Positions 24,601-36,600 of a DNA stretch of 64,000 nt are shown here, piece after piece. The stretch is from NCBI RefSeq assembly GCF_030028105.1, contig NC_092376.1, positions 170,157,613 to 170,221,612 on the forward strand. The letters are read 5' to 3'. Origin of the DNA: Mobula birostris (Eukaryota). Position 1 is the stretch's first letter. Each line of letters starts with the position of its first letter. Made by a program: the position numbers and the translations under genes. Under the pieces are notes generated by a model. It was not told the DNA's origin and did no database searches. It saw only the letters and a list, made by a program, of their open reading frames with translations.

Positions 24601-27600
24601 CTGTTCCAACATGTCGGACCATCAGATAGACGGTATTATTCAGGTGGATCTGATCAGTGTTGTTGCTCCTCTGGGATGAGCCTGTTGGTTTCCAGTGAAG
24701 ACTGACAGTATCTGGGAGCCTGGAGATGGTACAGCTCAGGGTGACGTCACTGCCCATTACAGGGCTCTGTGAGTCGGCCTCAACTGTGGAAACAGATACA
24801 TGATGTGTGGTTCACTTCCCCACAGACTCTCTGAACTGCTCCAGGCAGGATTGTCATTTCCCTGCAGACAGATAGTTAACCAAACACTGACCAACTGTGC
24901 TCAGTTTATCTGAGGGAATTTTGTTCCAGTAACTTAATATCAATTTAGTGTTTTGGAGTTTGATGATCTACATATATCTTAGCATATGAATAAAAAATTA
25001 TGCCTCAAATCTTAGAGCAGTTTGTAAATTCTTCATATTTTCATCAGTTCAGTAATTTCCCATTAATCCATAGCGGAAGGCTTAAAACAGATCACCAGGT
25101 GGGAGAACTGGGAATTAGTGACCATAAGACCATAAGACAAAGGAGCAGAAGTAGGCCATTCAGCCCATCAAGTCTGCTCCACCATTTTATCATGAGCTGA
25201 TACATTTTCTCCAATTTAGTCCCACTCCCCTGCCTTCTCACCATAACCTTTGATGCCCTGGTTACTCAGATACCTATCAATCTCTGCCTTAAATACACCC
25301 AATGACTTGGCCTCCACTGCTGCCCATGGCAACAAATTCCATAGATTCACCACCCTCTGACTAAAAAAATTTCTTCGCATCTCTGTTCTGAAAGGGCGCC
25401 CTTCAATCCTTAAGTCATGCCCTCTCGTACTAGACACCCCATCAAGGGAAACAACTTTGCCACATCCACTCTCTCCATGCCTTTTAACATTCGAAATGTT
25501 TCTATGAGGTCTCCCCTCATTCTTCTAAACTCCAAGGAATACAGTCCAAGAGCGGACAAACGTTCCTCATATGTTAACCCTCTCATTCCCGGAATTGTTC
25601 TAGTGAATCTTCTCTGTACCCTCCCCAACGTCAGAACATCCTTTCTTAAATAAGGAGACCAAAACTGCCCACAGTACTCCAAGTGAGGTCTCACCAGCAC
25701 CTTATAGAGCCTCAACGTCACATCCCTGCTCCTATACTATATTCCTCTAGAAATGAATGCCAACATTGCATTCGCCTTCTTCACTACTGACTCAACCTGG
25801 AGGTTAACTTTAAGGGTATCCTGTACGAGGACTCCCAAGTCCCATTGCATCTCAGAACTTTGAATTCTTTCCCCATTTAAATAATAGTCTGCCTGTTTAT
25901 TTTTTCTGCCAAAGTGCATAACCATACACTTTCCAACATTGTACTTCAGTTGCCACCTCTCTGCCCATTCTTCCAATGTATCCAAGTCTCTCTGCAGACT
26001 CTCCGTTTCCTCAGCACTACCGGCCCCATTCATCCCGACAGCAGATTCAAACTTCCACATAAAGTTGTTCATGTGTGAAAATCTCAACATTTTCTTCAAT
26101 GCCAATATGGGTAATTTTGCTGAGCATGAGCACCTCTGCTGCCATTCCAATTTCAAAATCAGAGATTTTGTCACAGATGAGCTGTAGTTTAGATATTCAG
26201 ACCAGAGCCATTTTCCACAGCTCTCACCACAAGTTCAATCCCATCACCTCCAACTCTGCAGCAATGTGTATACAAAACTGACCAAATAAATGACTCAAAT
26301 ATTGTTACCCACCAATTTTAATACATAATTCATGTTATGCTGCATTCTGGGTAAGAGGATCACTGTTCAAAGTTAATTTATTAACGAAGAATGCATCTGT
26401 CACCAATACTAACTTGAGATTTGTTTTCTTGCAGGCATGTACAGGAAATATACAGACACAATCCCAACATTATGTGATAAATCTGAAGAAATAGTCACAG
26501 GAAAATTATGTTTTTGAACCCATTCTATTCATTAACCAACATACCTTTGATCCCAAGTATTTCACACTGTCTCAGGATTTTCCCACCGGACTGTGTCTGA
26601 TTCCAGGTGAACAGTCCTGCAAGTTGAAAGGTGGGCTCCCTGATTCTCAGATTAAGGGTACCCCGGTCCACATGTAACCTCTCCGAAATGTCTGGTATTT
26701 TACTGAACTCATCACTCCATTGTACGGCCCACCGCTGATCTTCTCTGTGAAAAGTGGCCAATCGCTTTGTGGTTTGTTGCCCTGTGTGTGGCCTCCATTC
26801 CAAATCAATGGAGTCACTTCCAGGATTGTCTGGCCCCTTCAATACAAAGTCCCCTTCCTGATGGAGAAAGTAAATAGAATTCCCGCTTCCTGCAAATGGG
26901 AAGGAAAATGTAATCAGACAACAGCTTCTCAATGTGATCTGTGTCATGAGGAACAGATGGAAAATTAATTTTGAGGAAGTTGTGAGTTCTGATTCCATTC
27001 ACAGTTTCTGATTAAAATTGTTTGGGATTTCTCACACATCCGTTCGGCCCCTGGCACGACGAGTGCTGGCAATATCGGAAACCAAGTGCAGAGAAAAGAA
27101 AGAACATGTAGAGATGCAGTTGAGAGTTCATTCATAAAAATTCCAAGACATTGTGGCTCAGCCAAGCGGCACTGCGAGAAGTAATGTTCTCAAACTAGGA
27201 CCCGGTAATCAGAGCGAATTGGGCATTTGCTTCAAGTGTACATGGAACACCGAATTTCTGAGCCTATCAAAATAAACTTAATAAGCTTAAACAGAAGGCA
27301 CCAGGAGACCACAATGCAAAGCTGTGAGAAAAGAAAACACACAAGCAACTCTAAATGATTGACGACTCTCACTGAAGAAAAATAAACCAGTTCAGGTGCT
27401 CTGAAACTTCAGAACCCAATACTCTTTGGTCTACCCCCAGCAGAGCTGAAGGTCTCATTACAGCTCCTGAAATTAATATGAACCTTTCTGAATCACAAAG
27501 TGTTTTTAACAAGAATAATGTTTCATAACAATCAATTAAATAAGGTAATTAAAAAATCAAATGACTAAGAAAATTGATTAGTGCAGCAATGAAAAGTGAG

Positions 27601-30600
27601 GTTCACATGCATTTTGGTGAGGCTTTTCCAATGCCGCCCCCCCCCCCCATGACAGGTTGCTTGGCATTTCCTGACTGGAGATCAGCACCAAGTGGTGTAC
27701 CACGGGGTCCATGGCTCTCATGCAGTTTGTATAGACCATATCAACACCCTCTCTCATCCACCTTTCTTGGTTATCTCTTCAAATCTCAATCAGATTTGAT
27801 CTCCCAAATGTAGGGCTGTGTTGACTGTCCCAAATCAATTCCAGTCTTTCCAAATACATGTAAACCTTGTCCCTCAGAATCTTCTTCAGTAACTTATAAA
27901 TGGGAGATGTTAAGCTTACTGGTCTATAATTCTGAGGTTTTACTTTGCAGCCCTTCTGAAATAAAGGCCACTATTACCCACCATCCAATCACCCAGCACT
28001 TCACTTTTCATTAATACTGATGGATTTACCTTAACTGTGGCTCTGCAGTTTCTTCTCTAGCTTCCATCAGTGCCTTTGGATACACTAGATCAGGCCCAGA
28101 AGACTTATCTACCTTCATACATTTAAAGATGCTCAGCATCTCGTCCACTGTAATGTGGACTAGTTAATACAAACAAGAACCAATTGTCCATCTAGTACAA
28201 GGCTTGTCACTTTTATACACCCTATTGTCGACAGAGAGAGCTATCCCTCAACACAGTGATAAAAGAATAATGTTTTGATTGCCTCGCACTTCTTCCTTAA
28301 AAGCCTTCACATTGTCCACAAATCTCAGATTTTTCAAAGATACATTGTCAGTGGAGATTTTCAACCATTGTACACTTGTATTTCTATACAAGACTTGTAT
28401 GCAACCAAATAAGAGCATAAGGCATTGGAACAGAATTTGGCTTATCGCGACTGCTCAAGATCATGGCTGATATACATTCCATACACACCTGATTCTCATG
28501 ACTTCTCCTGTAATGTTTTATGTCCGTCATTGACCTCCGCTTTAAATATACCCAAAGACTTGGTCTCCACAGCTGCAAATGGTAATGAATTCCACAAATT
28601 CACGCTACCCTGCCTAAAGAAATTCCTCCTCATCACTGTTCTTAAGGAATATCCTTCATTTCTGAGGCTGTGCCCTCTGGTCCTAGATTCCTCCACCATT
28701 GCAGACATCCTCTCCATGACCAACCACCTGGGCCTATCAATATTCGGTAGGTTTCAATGAGATCCCTCCTCATTCTTCTGAACTCCAAGAGAGCTATCAA
28801 ACACTCCTGATGATTTAACTTTTTCACCCACTTTTTTGAAGGAGAAAATGCAATCACAACCATTAAAACTGTATTTAATCACATCCTATTATTTTTGTGC
28901 TGAAGGAGTAGAAAATATCAACGTACTTTGAGTTCAGTGGGATTCTTTTGAGAATTTCTCTAAAATGTCTCTCATCATGCTGAATAAAGCCGTTTTACAT
29001 CGACACTCCAGTCTCCATGTGACTAATTCACAGTTGCAACACTAATTGCTGGGATTCCCAATATTCCACTGAAGTATCACTCTCTAATCCGACCCAGTTC
29101 AGGTCTGGTTTAAGGTGGGGAAAGGAGAAGGAATTTCTCAGTTGAACTTCAGTCACGTGTTTTAAGCATGTTGCTTGTGTTTTACAATTTGAGATTTCAA
29201 AAGATTTGTCATTTAAATTTAATTTTAAGAGTTTTTAACTGCCTTACAGTGTCTGGGGTGGAGTCTCTACACTGATGCCCAGTGACTCTCGGGACCTTGT
29301 CATTAATATGTAGAATGTGCTCAGTATTGGTCAGCATGGACATGATAGAAGGTGTGTGCTGATTGTAGCAGTGGGCCTGGTCCAGGAAACCAATGGAAAG
29401 TCTCCATTTACCTGACATTACCCAATGTCTAACATGAGAGGGCGTAGTTTTAAGGTGCTTGGAAGTAGGTACAGAGGAGATGTCAGGGGTAAGTTTTTTA
29501 CGCTGAGAGTAGTGAGTGCATGGTATGAGCTGCCGGTAATGTTGGTGGGAGGCAGGTACAATAGGGTCTTTTAAGAGACTCCTGGATAGTTACATGGAGG
29601 TTGGACGATGGCTATGGGTAACCCCAAGGTAATTTCTGAAGTAAGTACGTGTTCAGCACAGCATTGTGGGCCAAAGGGCCTGTATTGTGCTGCAGGTTTT
29701 CTATGTTTCTATGTTGTTCTGACTCCGTGAGCCTCCCAAGAGAATCAGTGATGCAGGGAAAAGAGACGTTTCAATATTGATTCTGGGGACACAGAGTTAT
29801 CCCATGGTTCATATTATAATCTTGCTGGATTGGGCTGTGGAATTGTTATTTTTCTTGTAGTTTTACTTTGTTATGCTTGTTTGTATTCTTACATAATTAC
29901 TGACATACATGAGATTGTTCAGTGTTTAAAGTTGACACAGCATTTTTCTGAAAATCTCTTAGTTCCTGTGTTTTTTGCCCGATCCGGGGGTCGATGTTCC
30001 TGTTCCGTTTTTGTGCGGGGAGAGGGTAGTTGGTGGTTGATAATTGGTTGTTATTATTTTCATCTTGGTTTCAAGGAGAAGAGGAATTTCACAATTGTAT
30101 ACTTTAATAATAAATGAACCTTTGAATGGTTTCTAACCTTTAGTTTCAGAGGCAGATATAATTTTCCTTCAATATGGCTATTTAATTTGTTAACCGTTAT
30201 ATTATTGGTTATATTCCTATCTCAATGGAATCATTTGCTTGGTTTAAGAAGATCAGATCTCCTCTGTTCACTCTTTCACTCTTTTTTCATCAGCTTCTCT
30301 TCCTCTGCTCTTTTCCTGCTCTTCTCTTTCCCTCTTTGTCTCTCAACGCACTTCTCCACTATTTTCATTGGTTCTTGGACCATTTAATAAAATGATCATA
30401 AGCAACAAGTCTTAAGCCTCTTTCTTACCTTCTGAAGAATATTTAGATCACCAAAGCATCAGACTGACCAGCCCCATCAGCGAGACTCCCACACAGAATA
30501 TAAAGAAGTTTCACTATAGCAAACAGAATTAATGACACCAAATGTGATCATGTCTCTCAATATGAAGAGCAAACCTGCAAAAACTCACCACTGAGCTCCT

Positions 30601-33600
30601 GATAATACGGGACGATAATCCGGAGCCTGTCTTGATCAAACACACCACACATCCATTTCCCTCTGCCTCTCTCAGCTTTCTGTACGATCAGACCCAGTGA
30701 TTTCTCTTCCCCAGTCAGTGTTTTGTCTCCAATGGTTTTACCGTCTCCGTTGATCCAAACCAGTCTGGTTGATGCAGTGATGTCAGACACAGAGCAGCTC
30801 AGGGTAACGGTGTCTCCCTCAGTCACTGTATCAGACGGTTCAGCTGTGACTGTGGAAACAAGCAGGTTATTTACATTTTAAACAATGACTTAATTGATAA
30901 AAGCAACTGCAACATTCTGTCTCCAACCTTTCACTGTGATTAACTCAATGGTCGGAAATGTATTTGTTTCCAGAAAACATGTGTAAACTCCGGCATCTCC
31001 AAATAAAACCGGGACAATCCTCACACTGAAATTCTTGCCATTGAATTTTTTCACCGAGGTCATCAGTCGATTCTCAAAGTCGGTGCTGTTGACATTGATG
31101 GGCTGATGGATTGTTGCAGCCGCTATTTGTTTCTGGTGGTTCTGACGTTGATGTGATCCCCAGTTCCACACAGCAGTAGAGTAATAAGTAGAACAAGAAT
31201 AGCAAACCAGGTGGAGTTCACTGTAATCTGTGCTGGGACGATAAAGGGTGTAATGTCTCCAATATAAATCTGTATCAGAGAGACAGTGGAGAACATAGTC
31301 ACCTGTTATAACAGCCTATTTTCAGAGACAATGATGAAAAATTCTCATCCCCATTTATATAAAAACGTTTTATGTTTTGTCCAGCTGTTCAAGGTTTAAA
31401 TGGTGGCATTTTGTGAATTCCACATAAAAGCAAATTAACTATGAAAAAAGTACTTATTACAGTTTGGTTTCAAAAGACTACAATCTTCCAAGGGGTTCAC
31501 TCCCAACATTACATGAACCACCTATTATACAAATGTAATTTTAGATCCAACATTTGATAACAACACTTACACGTGTCTAATTACACGTGTCTTCTGTACA
31601 AATCTGACAGAAGAGCCTCCTTCCTGTGTGCTGTGACTGTTACACAGAGAAAAGCAGGCAGCTACTCCGCAGAGAGACTTTCTGGAAGCTTCTGTCTAAC
31701 ACTTGATGCAAATTACACAGGACTGTTGATCACAGACTATACTCTTTCAAGGGGTTCACTCCCAACATTACATGAACCACTGATGATACAAGTGCAATTT
31801 TAATATCCAACAGTTGATAACAACACTTACGTGTGTCTACAGTAAAATCTGCTTTGCTTGTGAGAACAATGTTTCCGTTTTCCCGCACTTCACACTGATA
31901 CAACTTCCCATCCTCCACTGTAACGTGTCGGACCATCAGATAGACGGTGTTATTCAGGCGGATCTGATCAGTGTTTCTCCTGTTCTGCTGGGATGAGCCC
32001 ACTGTTTTCCAGTGGAGACTGATGGTATCTGGGAGTCTGGAGATGGTACAGCTGAGGGTGACGTCACTGCCCAACAGAGGCTGCTGTGAACTCGTCTCAA
32101 CTGTGAGAAACAGACCAATGAGATTCAGAGTGAGTGATGACGTGTACAGTCCAATGATCGGGCTCGAACTGAACTCAGGATGTGACCATCAAGGAAAAAC
32201 TGCAGATGCTGGAAATCTGAAATATAAACTATTCTGATGATGTGTGTTTGACTGAAATCATTAACTGTTCTCCTTTCCACAAATGCTGCCTGATTGGCTG
32301 AGTTTTCCAGCATTTTCTGTTTTGACCTCAGGATGTTTCTGTTCTCAGCAGTTCTGCATGTATGTGTGCATTCACGTCGTGGAATTGCACAGCAGGGCCA
32401 TTGAAACTCAGCCCAGCTCAACCTGGGTTAGTGAGGCAGCGCAGAACCAGGGACCTTTCCCCTGAACCCACTGCAGTGTCAGAGTTCAGCTCAGGGACAC
32501 ACAGTTTGAAGGAGTTTGTAACTTCCGACAACCCAGTAGGCAGGAGATTGAATCTCACCAGTGGAAGGTGCACTGAAAATGTTGCGACTGTCTTGCCAGG
32601 ATTATCGTATTACATGGAAAAGTCACCAGTCTGACTCTGTCCTCAAGGTGCCAGCACACTTCAGTAAGTCAACCTGACACATGCCCTGGGAGACTGTGGA
32701 CAAGATTAACATCATAGATCATTGCAGTTACAGTATGTTGAAATTGTACAGGACATTGGTGAGGCCACCTGCAGAGGACTGTGTGCAGTTTTGGTCACCA
32801 ATCTACAGGAAAGTTGGAAATATTGTAGAAAAAGTAGAGAGAACAGAGAGAAAACTTACAAGGATGTTGCCAGGTCTGGAAGACTTGAATTATAAGGAAA
32901 GATGGAACATTTTCGGACTTTATTCCTTAGAATATAGAAGATTGTGAGATTTGAGGGGTATAGATAAGGTATATGCAAGAAGGCTTTTTTCAACTAAGGT
33001 TGGGGTGGACTACAACCAGAGGGCATGGGTCAAGGGTGAAATGTGAAAACTTTAAGACCATAAGACCATAAGACATAGGAGCAGAATTAGGCCACCTGTT
33101 TCATCGAGTCTGCTTCATCATTCAATCATGGCTGATCTTTTTTTTCTATCTCCTCCTCAACCCCAGTTCCCGGCCTTCTCCCTGTAATCTTTGATGTCAT
33201 GTCCAATCAAGAACCTAACAATCTCTGCCTTATATACTCCCAGTGACCTGGCCTCCACAGTGCATCAGGCAACAAATTCCACAAATTTACCACCCTTTGG
33301 CTGAAGAAATTTCTCCGCACCTCTGTTTTGAAATGGCGCCCTTCTATCCTGATGCCGTGCCCTCTTGTCCTAGACTCTCCCACCACGGGAAAAATCTTTT
33401 CCATATCTACTCTGTCTAGGCCTTTCAACATTCGAAAGGTTTCAATGATATCCCCCCCCCCCCATCTTTCTGAATTCCAGCGAGTACAGACCCAGAGCCA
33501 TCAAACGTTCCTCGTATGATAACCCTTTCAGTCCTGGAATCATTCCTGTGAAGCTCCTCTGGATCCTCTCCAATGCCAGCACATCTTTTCTAAGATGAGG

Positions 33601-36600
33601 GGCCCAAAACTGTTCACAATACTCAAGGTGAGACCTCACTAGTGCCTTATAAAGCCTCAGCATCACATCCTTGCTCTTTTATTCTAGACCTCTTGAAATG
33701 AATGCTAATATGGCATTTGCCTTCTTCACCACCAACCTGCAAGTTAACCTTCAGGGTGTTCTGCACAAGTCCCCCTGCATCTTAGATTCCTAGATTTTCT
33801 CCCCGTTTAGAAAGTAGTCCACACATTTATTTTACTACCAAAGTGCATGACCGTGCATATCCAAAATTGTACTTCATTCGCCAATTTCTTGCCCATTCTC
33901 CTAATCTAAGTCCTTTTGCATCCTACCTGTTTCCTTAACACTACCTGCCCCTCCAACAATCTCCGTATCATCTGCAAACTTGGCAGCAAAGCTATCTGTT
34001 GCATCATCTAAATCGTTTATATACAGCATGAAAGGAAGTGGTCCCAATGTCAGCCTCTGTGGAATACCATTAGTCACTGGCAGCCAACCAGAAAAGGATC
34101 CTTTAATTCTCACTTGCTGCCTCCTATCAATCAGCTAATGCTGCAACCATGTTAGTAACTTTCCTGTAATACCACGGTCTCTTAATTTGGTAAGCAGCCT
34201 CATGTGTGGCACCTTCCTGAAGGAAACCATGCTGACTTTGTACTATCTTGTCTCGTGTCATCAAGTACTCCATAACTTCATCCATAGCAATTGACTCTAA
34301 TATCTTCCCAACCACTGAGGACAGCTAATTGGTCTGTAATTTCCTTTCTGCTGGCTTCCTCCTTTCATCAAGAGTGAAGTGACATTTGCAATTGACAAGT
34401 ACTCTGGCACCATGCCAGAGTCCAATGATTTTTGAAAGGTCATTTCTAGTGCCACCATAAACTCTAACGTTACCTCTTTCAGAAACCTAGGGCGCTTTTC
34501 CTCTGGTCCAGGTGACCTACGTACCTTTAGATCTTTCAGCTTTTTGAGCACTTTCTCTCTTGTAATAGTAACTGTACCCACTTCTCTTCCTTCACAGACT
34601 ACAACATCAGGTGTACTGCCAGTGTCTTCCATAGTGAAGACTGATGCAAAATACACATTTCGTTCATCAGCCATCTCTTTGTCCCGTTATTATTTTTCCA
34701 GCCTCATTTTCTAGCGGCCCTTATACACCCTCATTTTTCTTTTATTTTTTACATACTTGAAAAAACTTTTACTGTCCTCTTCGATATTATTTGCTAGCTT
34801 GCTTTCATAGTTCATCCTTTCCATCCTAATAATTCTTTTGGTTGCTCTCGGCAGGGTTTTAAAAGCTTCATAATCCTCTGTCTTCCCACTCATTTTTGCT
34901 TTGTTGTATGCCCTCTCTTCTGATTTTACATTAGTTTAAACTTCCCTTACTTTATACTTCATACTTTATTGTCGCCAAACAATTGATACTAGAGCGATAT
35001 TTGATTCTGCGCTTTGCGCTCCCTGGAATACAGATGGATAGTAAATATTAAAAGTTTAAATTATAAATCATAAATAGAAAATAGAACAGGGAAAGTAAGG
35101 TAGTGCAAAAAAAAACCAAGAGGCAGGTCCAGATATTTGGAGGGTATGATCCGTTTAGATCCGGGTCAGGATCCGTTCAGCAGTCTTATCACAGTTGGAA
35201 ATAAGCTGGTCCAAAATTTTCCCTTATCAGCCACAGTTGTACTATCTTACCATTTGAGTATTCCTTCATTTTTGAAATTCAATGTCCTGCACCTTTCTCA
35301 TTTCTCCAACAAACTCATGCCATTGCTGCTCGGCTGACGTCCCTGCCAGCAGCTCCTTCCAATTTACTTTGGCCATCTCTTCTCTCATACCACTGTAATT
35401 TCCCTTACTCCACTGAAGTATTGTTACATCAGACTTTACTTTCTCCCTATCAAATTTCAAGTTGAACACAATCATATTGTGATCACTGGTTCCTCGGGGT
35501 TCGTTTACCTTAAGCTCCCTGATGGCCTCTGGCTCATTACATAACACTCAATCCAGTATAGGTGATCCCCTAGTAGGCTCAATGACAAACAGCTCTGAAA
35601 AGCTATCTCTTAGGCATTCAACAAGCTCACTCTCTTGAGATCCAATACCATCCTAATTTTCCCAATCAACTAGCATGTTAAAATCTCCCATGACTGCCAT
35701 AACATTGTCCTTTACACTCACCTTTTCTATTTCTGTTGTAACCTGTGGTCCACATCCCAGCCACTGTTGGGAGGCCTGTATGTAACTGCCATCAATGCCC
35801 TCTTAAGGGGAACATGACAGGAAAGTCGTCAGTGTGTGAAATGAGCTGCCAATACAAGGTGGTGCATGCGATTTCAACGTTTAAGCCAAGTGTGGACAAG
35901 AACATGAAAGGGTAGGGGATAGAGGGCTATGGTCCTGGTGTAGGTCAATGAAAGTAGGCTGTTTGAATGGTTTTGGAATGAACTAGTTTGTCCGAAGGGC
36001 CTGTTTCTCTGCTGTACTTTTCCAAGACTCTATGACTCTATTTAATGTACCTGGGCAGGTCTCCAATTATTGATCCTCCATGAAGAAGGTCTCCCCGAGA
36101 GAGGCTGGTTCTGTAAAAGAATTCCCTGACTTTGTCCATCCTGGAACATGGCAAGAAATAATGAAATCCAGGGGTGTGTAGGTTAATGGATATTCTGCTG
36201 TGGTGAATTCAATCTGGTGCAATTTCATTCCAAGGTCAAAGGTCTGAGGCCAGTCCTTTGGTCAGGATGGCACTTCAGGACCCAACTCTACTGTTCCTTA
36301 GTCTGTCTGACAGTGGCACATCATAAGCCAAAGGAACTCAGCAGGTCAGGTAGCATCTCTGGAGAGAAATGGACACAGACTGTGCATTTCTCTGCATTGG
36401 TGCTGCCTGAGCTGTTGAGTTCCTCCAGGACTGTGCATTTCTCCAGATTTCAGCATCTGCAGTCTTTTGTGTCTCCATGAGACAGTAAGCATTCCCCTCA
36501 CCAACCCAGCATGCAGCACTAATTTTAGGCTAACAGATAGGATTGGGCTGGGTTGTGTAGCTCACAGCTCTGATTCTCCAGAGGACAAAGATTGGTTGGG

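Noticed and set aside
26890-26947. In-frame [20 protein letters not shown] directly before D5 as an internal leader
   Set aside because: The hydrophobic residues come from the polypyrimidine tract of the acceptor, a common artefact; there is no promoter evidence.
27030-27175. Signal-peptide-like reading [30 protein letters not shown] upstream of D5, which would support a two-gene model
   Set aside because: Its only phase-1 donor (ATG T|gtgaga) joins D5 as T+GA, a stop codon. The other GT sites are in phase 0 or 2.
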